A stretch of 64,000 nt of DNA from the human T2T-CHM13v2.0 reference genome, Homo sapiens. Under the pieces are notes generated by a model. That model saw only the letters and a program-made list of their open reading frames with translations, did no database searches and was not told where the DNA came from. Where the stretch lies: the NCBI RefSeq assembly GCF_009914755.1, contig NC_060930.1; one strand, 5' to 3'. Position numbers and translations under genes: made by a program. Every line of letters starts with the position of its first letter. The first letter of the stretch is position 1. Positions 52,768 to 64,000 of this stretch are shown here, in pieces.

Positions 52768-55700
52768 TTTCTTCTTATAAAACTTGACAGAAGAATTATC
52801 AGAAACTTCTTTGTGATGTGTGCATTCAACTCACAGATTTGAACCTTCCTTTAGGTAGAGCAGTTTTGAAATACTCTTTTGGTAGAATTTCCAAGAGGAT
52901 ATTTAGAGCAGTTCGAGGCCTATGGTAGAAAAGGAAATAACTTCATAGAAAAACTAGACAGAATCATTTCAGAAACTACTTTGTGATGTGTGCATTCAGC
53001 TTCCAGAGTTTAATTTTTCTTTTCATAGAGCAGTTTTGAATCCCCCTTTTTGTGGAATTTGCAAGTGTATAGTTAGAGCGCTTTGAGGCCTAGAGTAGAA
53101 AAGGTAATATCTGCACAAAAGAACTAGACAGAAGCATTGTCAGAAACTAGTTTGTGATATTTGCATTCAACTCACAGAGTTGAACATTCCTCTTGATAGA
53201 GCAGTTTTGAAACACTGTTTTGTAGAATCTGCAAGTGGATATTTGGACCTGTTTGTGGCCTTCGTTTGATACGTGATTTCTTCCTATTAAGCTAGACAGT
53301 AGAATTCTCAGAAACATCTTTGTGATGTGTGCTTTCAACTCACATAGTTGAAACTTGCTTTCGATAGAGCAGATTTGAAACTTTCTTTTTGTAGATTTTC
53401 CAAGTGGATATTTAGCGCCGTTTGTGGCCTATAGTAGAAAAGGATATATCTTCATAGAAAATCCAGACAGAATGATTCTCAGAAACTACTTTGTGATGTC
53501 TGCGTTCAACTCACAGAGTTTAACCTTCCTTTTAATAGAGCAGTTTTGAAACACTCTTTTTGTTGAATCTGCAAGTGAATGTTTGGACTTTTTTGAGGCA
53601 TTCGTTGCAAACGGGATTTATTCATGTAAAATTTGACAGAAGAATTCTCAGAAACTTCTTTGTGATGTGTGCATTCAACCCACAGATTTGAACCTTCCTT
53701 TAGGTAGAGCAGTTTTGAAATACTCTTTTGGTAGAATTTCCAAGAGGATATTTAGAGTGGTTCGAGGCCTATGGTAGAAAAAGAAATAACTTCATAGAAA
53801 AACTAGACAGAATCATCTCAGAAACTACTTTGTGATGTGTGCATTCAGCTTCCAGAGTTTAACTTTTCTTTTCATAGAGCAATTTTGAAAAACTCTTTTT
53901 GTCGAATCTGCAAATGAATATTTGGACTTTTTAGATGTCTTTTTTGGAAACGGGATTTCTTCATATAAACCTTGACAGAAGAATTCTCAGAAACTTCTTT
54001 GTGATGTTAGCATTCAACTCACAGATTTGAACCTTCCTTTCTATAGAGCAGTTTTGAAATACTCTTTTTGTAGAATTTTCTAGTTTATATTTAGTGCTGT
54101 TTGAGGCCTATGGTAGAAAAGGAAATATCTTCATAGAAAAAACTAGACAGAATCATTCTCTGAAACTACTTTGTGATGTGTGCATTCTGCTTCCAGGGTT
54201 TAACTTTTCTTTTGATAGAGTAGTTTTGAAACACTCTTTTTGTGGAATTTGCAAGTGTATATTAAGAGCGCTTTGAGGCCTACAGTAGAAAAGGTAATAT
54301 CTTCACAAAAAAACTGTGCAGAAGCTTTGTCAGAAACTACTTTGTGATATTTGCATTCAACTCACAGTTTTGAAAATTCCTCCTGTTAGGGCTGTTTTGA
54401 AACACTCTTTTTGTAGAATCTGCAAGTGGATCTTCGAATCCTCTTTGTGGCCTTCGTTTGAAACGTGATTTCTTCATATAAAACTTGACAGAAGAATTCT
54501 GAGAAACTTCTTTGTGATGTGTGCACTTAACTCACAGAGTTTAACCTTTCTTTCAATAGAGCAGTTTTGAAACACTCTTTTTGTAGTATTTGCAAGTGAA
54601 TATTTGGACTTTTTTGAGGCCTTCGTTAGAAACGGGATTTCTTCATAGAAAAGTTGACAGAAGAATTCTCAGAAACTTCTTTGTGATGTGTGCTTTCAAC
54701 TCACAGAGTTGAACCTACCTTTTGATAGAGCAGTTTTGAAATTCTCTCTTTGTAGTATTTCCAAGTGGATATTTAGAGCGGTTTGAAACCTATTGTATAA
54801 AAGGCTATATCTTCATAGAAAAACTAGACAGAATCATTCTCAGAAACTACTTTTTGATGTGGGCATTCAGCTTGCAGAGTTTAACTTTTCTTTTATTGAG
54901 CAGTTTTGAAACACTCTTTTTGTGGAGTTTGCAAGTCTATATTTAGAGCGCTTTGAGGCCTACTGTTGAAATGGAAATATCTTCACAAAAAATTGTACAG
55001 AAGCATTGTCAGAAACAAGTTTGTGATATTTGCATTCAATACACAGAGTTGAACATTCCTCTTGATAGAGCAGATTTGAAACACTCTTTTGGAGTATCGG
55101 CAAGTTGATAGTTGGACCTGTTTGTGACCTTCGTTTGATATGTGATTTCTTAATATAAAGCTAGACAGTAGAATTCTCAGAAACTTCTTTGTGATGTGTG
55201 CTTTCAAGTCACAAAGTTGAACCTTCCTTTCAATAGAGCAGATGTGAAACTCTCTTTTTGTAGATTTTCCAAGTGGATATTTAGCGCTGTTTGAGGCCTA
55301 TGATAGAAAAGGAAATAACTTCATAGAAAAAACTATACAGAATGATTCTCAGAAACTACTTTGTGATGTCTGCATTCAACTCACAGATTTTAACCTTTCT
55401 TTTGATAGAGCACTTTTGAAACACTCTTTTTCTATAATCTGCAAGTGAATATTTGGACTTTTTTGAGGCATTCGTTGCAAAGGGGATTTCATCATATAAA
55501 ACTTGACAGAAGAATTCTCAGAAACTTGTTTGTGATGTGTGCATTCAACTCACAGAGTTGGACCTTGCTTTCGATAGAGCAGTTTTCAAGTTCTCTTTTT
55601 GTAGAATTTCCAAGTGGATATTTAGAGCGGTTTGCGGCCTATGGTAGAAAAGGTAATATCTTCGTAGAAAAACTAGACAGAATCATTCTCAGATACTACT

Positions 55701-56320
55701 TTGTGATGTGTGCATTCAGCTTACAGAGTATAACATTTCTTTTAAAAGAGCAGTTTGGAAACCCCCTTTTTTGGAATTTTTAAGTGTATATTTAGAGCGC
55801 TTTGAGGTCTACATTGGAAAAGGAAATATCTTCACAAAAAAATTAGACAGAAACATTTTCAGAAACTGCATTGTGATATTTGCATTCAACTCACAGAGTT
55901 GAAAATGCCTCTTGATAGGGCTGTGTTGAAACACTCTTTTTGTAGAATCTGCAAGTGGATATTTGGATCCTCTTCTTGGCCTTCGTTTGAAATGTGGTTT
56001 CTTCTTAAAAAACTAGACAGAAGAATTCTCAGAAACTTCTTTGTGATGTGTGCATTCAGCTCACAGAGTTGAACCATCCTATTGAAAGAGCAATTTTTAA
56101 ATCCTCTTTTTATAGAATTTTCAAGTTGATATTAGGAGCGGTTCGAGCCCTATATTACAAAAGGAAATATCTTCATAGAAAAAGTAGACAGAACCATTTT
56201 CAGAAACTACTTTTTGATGTGTGCATTACCCTTACAGAGTTTAACCTGTCTTTTGATAGAGCGACTTCGAAACACTCTTTTTGTAGATTCTGCAAGTGAA
56301 TATTTGGACTTTTCTGAGGC

Positions 56321-56337
56321 CTTCGTTGGAAACGGGA
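56321..56337 (+). other. CENP-B box (perfect 17-mer)
   Basis: CTTCGTTGGAAACGGGA. Confidence 0.9.
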
Positions 56338-59300
56338 TTTCTTCATATAAAACTTGACAGAAGAATTCTCAGAAACTTCTTTGTGATGTGTGCATCCAGC
56401 TGAAAGAGTTGAACTTTCCTTTTGTTAGAGCAGTTTTGAAATGCTCTTTTTCTTGAATTTTCAAGTTGGTATTTAGTGTGGTTCGAGGCCTATGGAAGAA
56501 TAGGAAATATCTTCATAGAAAAACTAGTCAGAATCATTCTCAGAAACTACTTTGTAATTTATGCATTAACCTAGCAGAGTTTAACCTTTCTTTTGATAGA
56601 GCAGTTTTGAAACAACATTTTTGTGTTATTTACATGTGTAAATTTAGAGCGCATCGAGGCCTAGGGTAGAAAAGGGAATATCTTCACAAATAACTAGACA
56701 GAAGCATTGTCAGAAACTACTTGGTGATATTTGCATTCAACTCCCAGAGTTGAACATTCCAATTGATAGAGCAGTTTTGAAAACCTCTTTTGTAGAATCT
56801 GCAAGTGGATATTCTGACCTCATGGTGGCCATCGTTTGATACGTGATTTCTTCATATAAAACTAGACAGAAGAATTCTCAGAAACGTCTTTGTGATGTGT
56901 GCTTTCAACTCACAGAGATGAACCTTCCTTTCCATAGAGCAGTTTTGAAACTCTCTTTTTTGTAGTGTTTCCAAGGGGATATTTAGCGCCATTTGAGGCG
57001 AATGGTAGAAAAGGCAATATCTTCATAGAAAAACTTGACAGAATTATTCTCAGAACTTACTTTTTGATGTGTGCGTTCAACTCACAGAGTTTAAGCTGTC
57101 TTTTAATAGAACAGTTTTTAAACACTCTTTTTGTAGAAACTGCGAGTGAATATTTGGACTTTTTTGAGGCCTTCGTTGGAAATGAGATTTCTTCGTATAA
57201 AACACTACAGAAGAATTCTCAGAAACTTCTGTGTGATGTGTGCTTTCAACTCACAGAGCTGAACCTTCCTTTCAATAGAGCAGATTTGAAAGTCTCTTTT
57301 TGTAGATTTTCCAAGTGGATATTTAGCGCCGTTTGAGGCCTATGGTAGAAAAGGATATATCTTCATAGAAAAACTAGACAGAATGATTGTCAGAAACTAC
57401 TTTGTGATGTCTATGTTCAACTCACAGAGTTTAAACTTTCTTTTCATAGAGTAGTTTTGAAACACTCTTTTTGTTGAATCTGCAAGTGAATGTTTGGACT
57501 TTTTTGAGGCATTCGTTGCAAACGGGATTTCTTCATATAAAACTTGACAGAAGAATTCTCAGAAACATGTTTGTGATGTGTGCATTCAACTCACAGAGTT
57601 GAACCTTGCTTTCGATAGAGCAGTTTTCAAGTTCTCTTTTTGTAGAATTTCTAAGTGGATATTTAGAGTGTTTTGCGGCCTATGGTAGAAAAGGTAATAT
57701 CTTCTTATAAAAACTAGACAGAATCATTCTCAGATACTACTTTGTGATGTGTGCATTCAGCTTACAGTGTTTAACCTTTCTTTTGATAGAGCAGTTTGGA
57801 AACCCTCTTTTTTGGAAATTTTAAATATAAATTTAGAGTGCTTTGAGGCCTACAGTGGAAGAGGAAATATCTTCACAAAAAAACTAGACAGAAATATTGT
57901 CAGAAACTGCTTTGTGATATTTGCATTCAACTCACAGAGTTGAACATTCCTCTTGATAGGGCTGTTTTGAAACACTCTTTTTGTAGAATCTGCAAGTGGA
58001 TATTTGGACGTGATTTCTTCATATAAAAATAGACAGAAGAATTCTCAGAAATTTCTTTGTGATATGTGCTTTCAACTCACGGAGATGAACCTTCCTATCG
58101 ATAGAGCAGTTTTTGAATCTCTTTTTGTGGAATTTCCAAGTGGATATTTAGCAACTTGTGAGGCCTATAGTAGAAAAGGAATTATCTTAATAGAAAAACT
58201 AGACAGAATCATTTTCAGAAACTACTTTGTGTTGTGTGCATTTAACTCACAGAGTTTAACCTTTCTTTGATAGAGCACTTTTGAAACACTCTTTTTGTAG
58301 AATCTGCAAGTGAATATTTGGACTTTTTTGAGGCCTTCTTTGGAACGGATATTTCTTCATATAAAACTTGACAGAAGAATTCCCAGAAACTTCTTTGCGA
58401 AGTGTGCATTCAACTCACAGACTTTAACCTTCCTTTCCATAGAGTAGTTTTGACATATTCTTTTTGTAGAATTTTCAAGTGGATATTTAGAGCGTTTCGA
58501 TGCCAATGGTGGAAAAGGAAATATCATCATAGAAAAACTAGACAGAATCATTCTCAGAAACTTCTTTGTGATCTGTGCATTCAGCTCTCAGAGTTAACCT
58601 TTCTTTTGAGAATGCAGTTAAGAAACACTCTTTTTGAGGAATTTGAAAGTGTATATTGAGAGTGCTTTGAGGCCTACGGTAGAAAAGGTAATATCTTCAC
58701 AAAAAAATAGACAGAAGCATTGTCAGAAACTACATTGTGATATTTGCATTCAACTCACAGAGTTGAACATTCCTCTTGATAGAGCAGTTTTGAAACACTC
58801 TTTTTGTAGAATCTGCAAATTAATATTTGGAACTTTTAGTGACCTTCTTTTGAAACAAGAATTCTTCATATAAAACTAGACAGAAGAATTCTCGAAACTT
58901 CTTTGTGATGTGTGCTTTCAACTCACACAGTTGAACCTTCCTCTCGATAAAGCAGTTTTGAAACTCTCTTTCTGTAGAATTTCCAAGTGGATATTTAGCG
59001 CCATTTGAGGCCTATTGTACAAAAGGGAATATCTTCATAGAAAAAATAGACAGAATGATTCTCAGAAACTGCTTTGTGATGTGTGCGTTCAACTCACGGA
59101 CTTTAACCTTTCCTTTGATAGAGCAGTTTTGAAACCCTCTTTTTGTAGAAATCTGCAAGTGAATATTTGGACATTTTTAAGGCCTTCATTGGAAACGGGA
59201 TTTTTTCATATGAAACTTGACAGAAGAATTCTCAGAAACTTCTTTGTGATGTGTGCATTCAACTCACAGAGTTTTATCTCCCTTTCGATAGAGCAGTTTT

Positions 59301-60033
59301 GAAATACTCTTTTTGTATAATTTCCAAGTGCATATTTGGAGCCTTTCGAAGCCAATGTTGGAAAAGCAAATATCTTCATAGAAAAACTAGACAGAATCAT
59401 TCTCAGAAACTACTTTGTGATGTGTGCATTCAGCTTTCAGGGTTTAAACTTTCTTTTGATAGAGTAGTTTTGAAACACTCTCTTTGTGGAATTTGCAAGT
59501 GTATATTTAGAGTGCTTTGCGGCCCACGGTAGAAAAGGAAATATCTTCACATAAAAACTAGACAGAAGCATTGTCAGAAACTACTTTGTCATATTTGCAT
59601 TCAACTCACAGTGTTGAACATTCCTCTTGGTAGAGCAGTTTGAAACACTCTTTTTGTAGAATCTGCAACTGGATATTTGGACCTCTTTGTGGCCTTCGTT
59701 TGGTACGTGATTTCTTCTTATAAAACTAGACAAAAGTATTCTCAGAAACTTCTTTGTGATGTGTGCTTTCAACTCACTGAGTTAAACCTTCCTTTCGATA
59801 GAGCAGTTTTGAGACTCTCTTTTTGTAGAATTTCCAAGTGGATATTTAGCGCCATTTGAGGTGTATGGTAGAAAAGGCAATATCTTCATAGAAAAACTAG
59901 ACAGAATCATTCTCAGAAACTACTTTGTGATGTATGCATTCAACTCACAGAGTTTAAACTTTATATTGAAAGAGCAGTTTTGAAACACTCTTTTTGTAGT
60001 ATCTGCAAGTGAATAGTTGGACTTTTTTGAGGC

Positions 60034-60050
60034 CTTCGTTGGAAACGGGA
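60034..60050 (+). other. CENP-B box (perfect 17-mer)
   Basis: CTTCGTTGGAAACGGGA. Confidence 0.9.
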
Positions 60051-62928
60051 ATTCATCATATAAAAGTTGACAGAAGAATTCTCAGAAACTTCTTTGTGAT
60101 GTATGCATGCAACTCACAGAGTTGAACCTACCTTTTGATAGAGCAGTTTTGAAATTCTCTTTTTGTAGAATTTCCAATTGGATTTTTAGAGCGGTTTGGG
60201 GCCTATGTTGTAAAAGGCAATATCTGCATAGAAAAACTAGAGAGAATCATTCTCAGAAGCTACTTTGTGATGTGGGCATTCAGGTTACAGAGTTTAAGTT
60301 TTCTTTTGATAGAGCAGTTTTGAAACACTTTTTTGGGGATTTTGCAATTGTATATTTAGAGCGCTTTGTGACCTACAGTAGAAAAGGAAATATCTTCACA
60401 AAAAAAACGTACAGAAGCATTGGCAGAAACTACTTTATGATATTTGCATTCAACTCTCCAGAGTTGAACATTCCTCTTGATAAGGCTGTTTTGAAACACT
60501 CTTTTTGTAGAATCTGCAGGTGGATATTTGTATCCTCTTTGTGGCCTTCATTTGAAACGTGATTTGTTCATATAAAACTAGGCAGAATAATTCTCAGAAA
60601 CTTCTTTTTGATGTGTGCTTCCAACTCACAGAGTTGAACCTTCCCATCAATAGAGCAGTTTTGAAACTCTCTTTTTGTAGAACTTCCAAGTGGATATTTA
60701 GCGCCATTTCAGGCCTAATGTAAAAATGGCAATATCTTCATAGAAAAACTAGACAGAATGATTCTCACAAACTACTTTGTGATGTGTGAATTCAACTCAC
60801 AGAGTTTAACCTTTCTTTTGACAGAGCAGATTGAAACCCTCTTTTTGTAGAATCTGCAAGTGAATATTTGGACTTATTTGATGCCTTCATTACAAACGGG
60901 ATTTCTTCATATAAAACCTGAAAATAGAATGCTCAGAAAATAGTTTGTTATGTGTTCATTCAACTCACAGTGTTGAACCTTCCTTTCGATAGAACAGTTT
61001 TGAAATACTAATTTGTAGGATTTCCAAGTGGATACATAGAGCGGTTCCAGGCATATGGTAGAAAAGGCAATAACTTCATAGAAAAACTAGACAGAATCAT
61101 TCTCAGAAACTACTTTGTGATGTGTGCATTCAGCTTACAGAGTTTAACGTTTCTTTTGATAGAGAAGTTTGGAAACCCCCTCTTTGTGGAATTTCCTAGT
61201 GTATATTTAGAGCGTTATGAGGCCTACGGTGGAAAAGGATATATCCTCACAAAAAAATTAGGCAGAAGCATTTTCAGAAACTGCTTTGTGATATTTGCAT
61301 TCAACTCACAGAGTTGAACATTCCTCTTGATAGAGCAGTTTTGAAACCCTCTTTTTGTAGAATCTGCAAGTGAATATTTCGACTTTTTTGAGGCCTTCAT
61401 TGGAAACAGGTTTTCTTCATATAAGACTTAACAGAAGAATTCTCAGAAACTTCTTTGTGCTGTGTGAATTCAACTCACAGAGTTGAACCTACCTTTCGAT
61501 AGAGCAGTTTTTAAAATCTCTCTTTGTGGAATTTCCATGTGGATATTTAGAGCGGTTGGAGGCCTTTGGTATAAAAGGCAATATCTTCATAGGAAAACCT
61601 GACAGAAACATTCTCAGAAACTACTTTGTGATGAGGTCATTCAGCTTACAGAGTTTAACTTTTCTTTTGTTAGAGCAGTGTTGAAACACTCTTTTTGTGG
61701 AATTTGCAAGTGTATATTTAGAGCGCTTTGAGTCCTATGGTAGAAAAGGAAATATCTTCACCAAAAAACTGTACAGAAGCTTTGTCAGAAACTACTTTGT
61801 GATATTTGCATTCAACTCACAGCATTGAGCATTCCTCTTGATAGGGCTGTTTTGAAACACTCTTTTTGTAGAATCTGCAAGTGGATATTTGGACCTCTTT
61901 GGGTCCATCGTTTGATACGTGATTTCTTCATATAAAACTAGACAGAAGAACTCTCAGAAACTTCTTTGGGATGTGTGCTTTCAACTCACAGAGTTGAACC
62001 TTCCTTTCGATAGAGCAGTTTAAAAACTCTCCTTGTGTAGAATTTCCAAGTGGATATTTAGCGCCATTTGAGGCCTCTGGTAGAAAAGGACTTATTTTCA
62101 TAGAAAAACTAGACAGAATCATTCTCAGAAACAACATTGTGATGTGTGCATTCGACTGACAGAAATAAACCTACCTTTCGATAAAGCAGTTTTGAAATTC
62201 TCTTTTTGTAGGATTTCCAAGTGGATATTTAGAGAGGTTTGAGGCCTATGGTGTAAAAGGCAATATCTTCATAGAAAAACTAGACAGAATCATTCTCAGA
62301 AACTACTTTGTGATGTGGGCATTCAGCTTACTCAATTTAACTTTTCTTTTCATAGAGCAGTTTTGAAGCACTGTTTTTCTAGAATTTTCAAGAGTATATT
62401 GAGAGCGCTTTGAGGCCTACGGTAGAAAAGGAAACATCTTCACACAAAAAATGTACAGAAGCATTGTCAGAAACTACTTTGTGATATTTGCATTCAACTC
62501 ACACAGTTGAACATTCCTCTTGATAAGGCTGTTTTGAGACACTTTTTTTGTAGAATCTGCAAGTGGATATTTGGATCCTCTTAGTGGCCTTCGTTTGAAA
62601 CGTTATTTCTTCATATGAAACTGGACAGAAGAATTTTCAGAAACTTCTTTTTGAAGTGTGCTTTCAACTCACAGAGTTGAAACTTCCTTTCGATAGAGCA
62701 GTTTTCAAAGTCTCTTTTTATAGAATTTCCAAGTGGATATTTAGCGCCGTTTGAGGCCTATGTTAGAAAAGGCAATATCTTCATAGAAAAACTAGACAGA
62801 ATGATTCTCAGAAACTGCTTTGTGATGTGTGCGTTCAACTCACAGAGTTTAACATTTCTTTTGGTAGAGCAGATTTGAAACACTCTTTTTATAGAATCTG
62901 CACGTGAATATTTGGACTTTTTTGAGTC

Positions 62929-62945
62929 CTTCGTTGGAAACGGGA
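62929..62945 (+). other. CENP-B box (perfect 17-mer)
   Basis: CTTCGTTGGAAACGGGA. Confidence 0.9.
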
Positions 62946-64000
62946 TTTCTTCCTTTAAAACTTGAGGGAAGAATTCTCATAAACTTCTTTGTGATGTGTG
63001 CATTTAACTCTCAGAGTTGAACCTTCCCTTCAATAGATCAGTTTTGAAATACTCTTTCTGTAGAATTTTCAAATGGATATTTAGTTCAATTTGAGGCCTG
63101 TGGTAGAAAAGGAAATATCTTCATAGAAAAACTAGACAGAATCATTCTCAGAAACTACTTTGTGATGCGTGCATTCAGCTTACAGAGTTTAACCTTTCTT
63201 TTGATAGAGCAGTTTTGAAACAACGTTTTTGTGGAATTTGCAAGTGTATTTCAGAGTGCCTTGAGGCCCGCGGTAGAAAAGGAAATATCTTCAAAAAAAA
63301 CTAGACAGAAGTATTGTCAGTAACTAGTTTGTCATATTTGCATTCAACTAACAGTGTTGAAGATTCCTCTTGATAGAGCAGTTTTAAAATACTCTTTTTG
63401 TAAAATCAGCAATTGGATATTTGGACCTTTTTTGTCCATCGTTTGATACGTGATTTCTTCATATAAAACTAGACAGAAGAATTCTGAGAAACTTCCTTTT
63501 GATGTGTGCTTTCAACTGACAGACTTGAACCTTCCTTTCGATAGGGCAGTTATGAAACTCTCTTTTTGTAGGGTTTCCAAGTGGATATTTAGTGCCGTTT
63601 GTGGCCTCTGGTAGAAAACGCCTTATCTTCACAGAAAAACTAGGCAGAATCATTCTCAGAAACTACATTTTGATGTGGGCTTTCCGATTACAGGGTTTAA
63701 CTTATGTTTTGATAGAGCAGTTTTGAAACACTGTGTTTGTGGGATTTGCAAGTCTATATTTAGAGCGCTTTGAGGCCTAAGGTAGGGAAGGAAATATCTT
63801 CACAAAAAAACTGTACAGAAGAATTGTCAGGAACTACTTTTTGATATTTGCATTCAAGTCACCGAGTTGAACATTCGTCTTGATGGGGCTGTTTTGAAAC
63901 ATTCTTTTTGTATAATCTGTAAGTGGATATTTGGATCCTCTCTGGGGCCTTCGTTTGAAACGTGATTTCTTCATATAAATCTAGACAAAAGAATTCTCAG

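Larger units (their letters stand above)
51910..64000 (+). repeat. Alpha satellite, divergent pentamer-based array
   Basis: Marker at 58578, 59427, 60277 and 61127 (~850 period). Continues to the window end. Confidence 0.97.

Overview
Primate (most likely human, given a near-consensus AluYa5) pericentromeric DNA with no host protein-coding genes. About 48 kb is divergent ~170-bp alpha satellite in one orientation, built on a degenerate A-A-B-A-B pentamer (~850 bp) with 3-, 6- and 7-mer variants, scattered intact CENP-B boxes and nested duplications. Four target-primed insertions interrupt it, all antisense and each with a readable target-site duplication (TSD). (1) A full-length L1PA2-like element (1997-8018) carries a ~1.5-kb 3' transduction of non-satellite DNA (510-1996) with its own poly(A). 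(2) An AluYa5 lies at 13178-13469. (3) A 5'-truncated, 5'-inverted L1 lies at 23437-25076, with its empty paralogous site still visible at ~27290. (4) A second full-length L1PA2-like element (45852-51909) sits at a CENP-B box. Both full-length L1s have broken ORF1/ORF2 but an intact 71-aa ORF0. The most unusual signal is that these two independently inserted L1s share non-consensus substitutions, including FADD->VADD in the RT catalytic motif and an ORF1 R49 stop, interleaved with subfamily-type differences. This suggests patchy gene conversion or an unrecognised L1 sub-lineage. All consensus comparisons are from memory and need an alignment to confirm.
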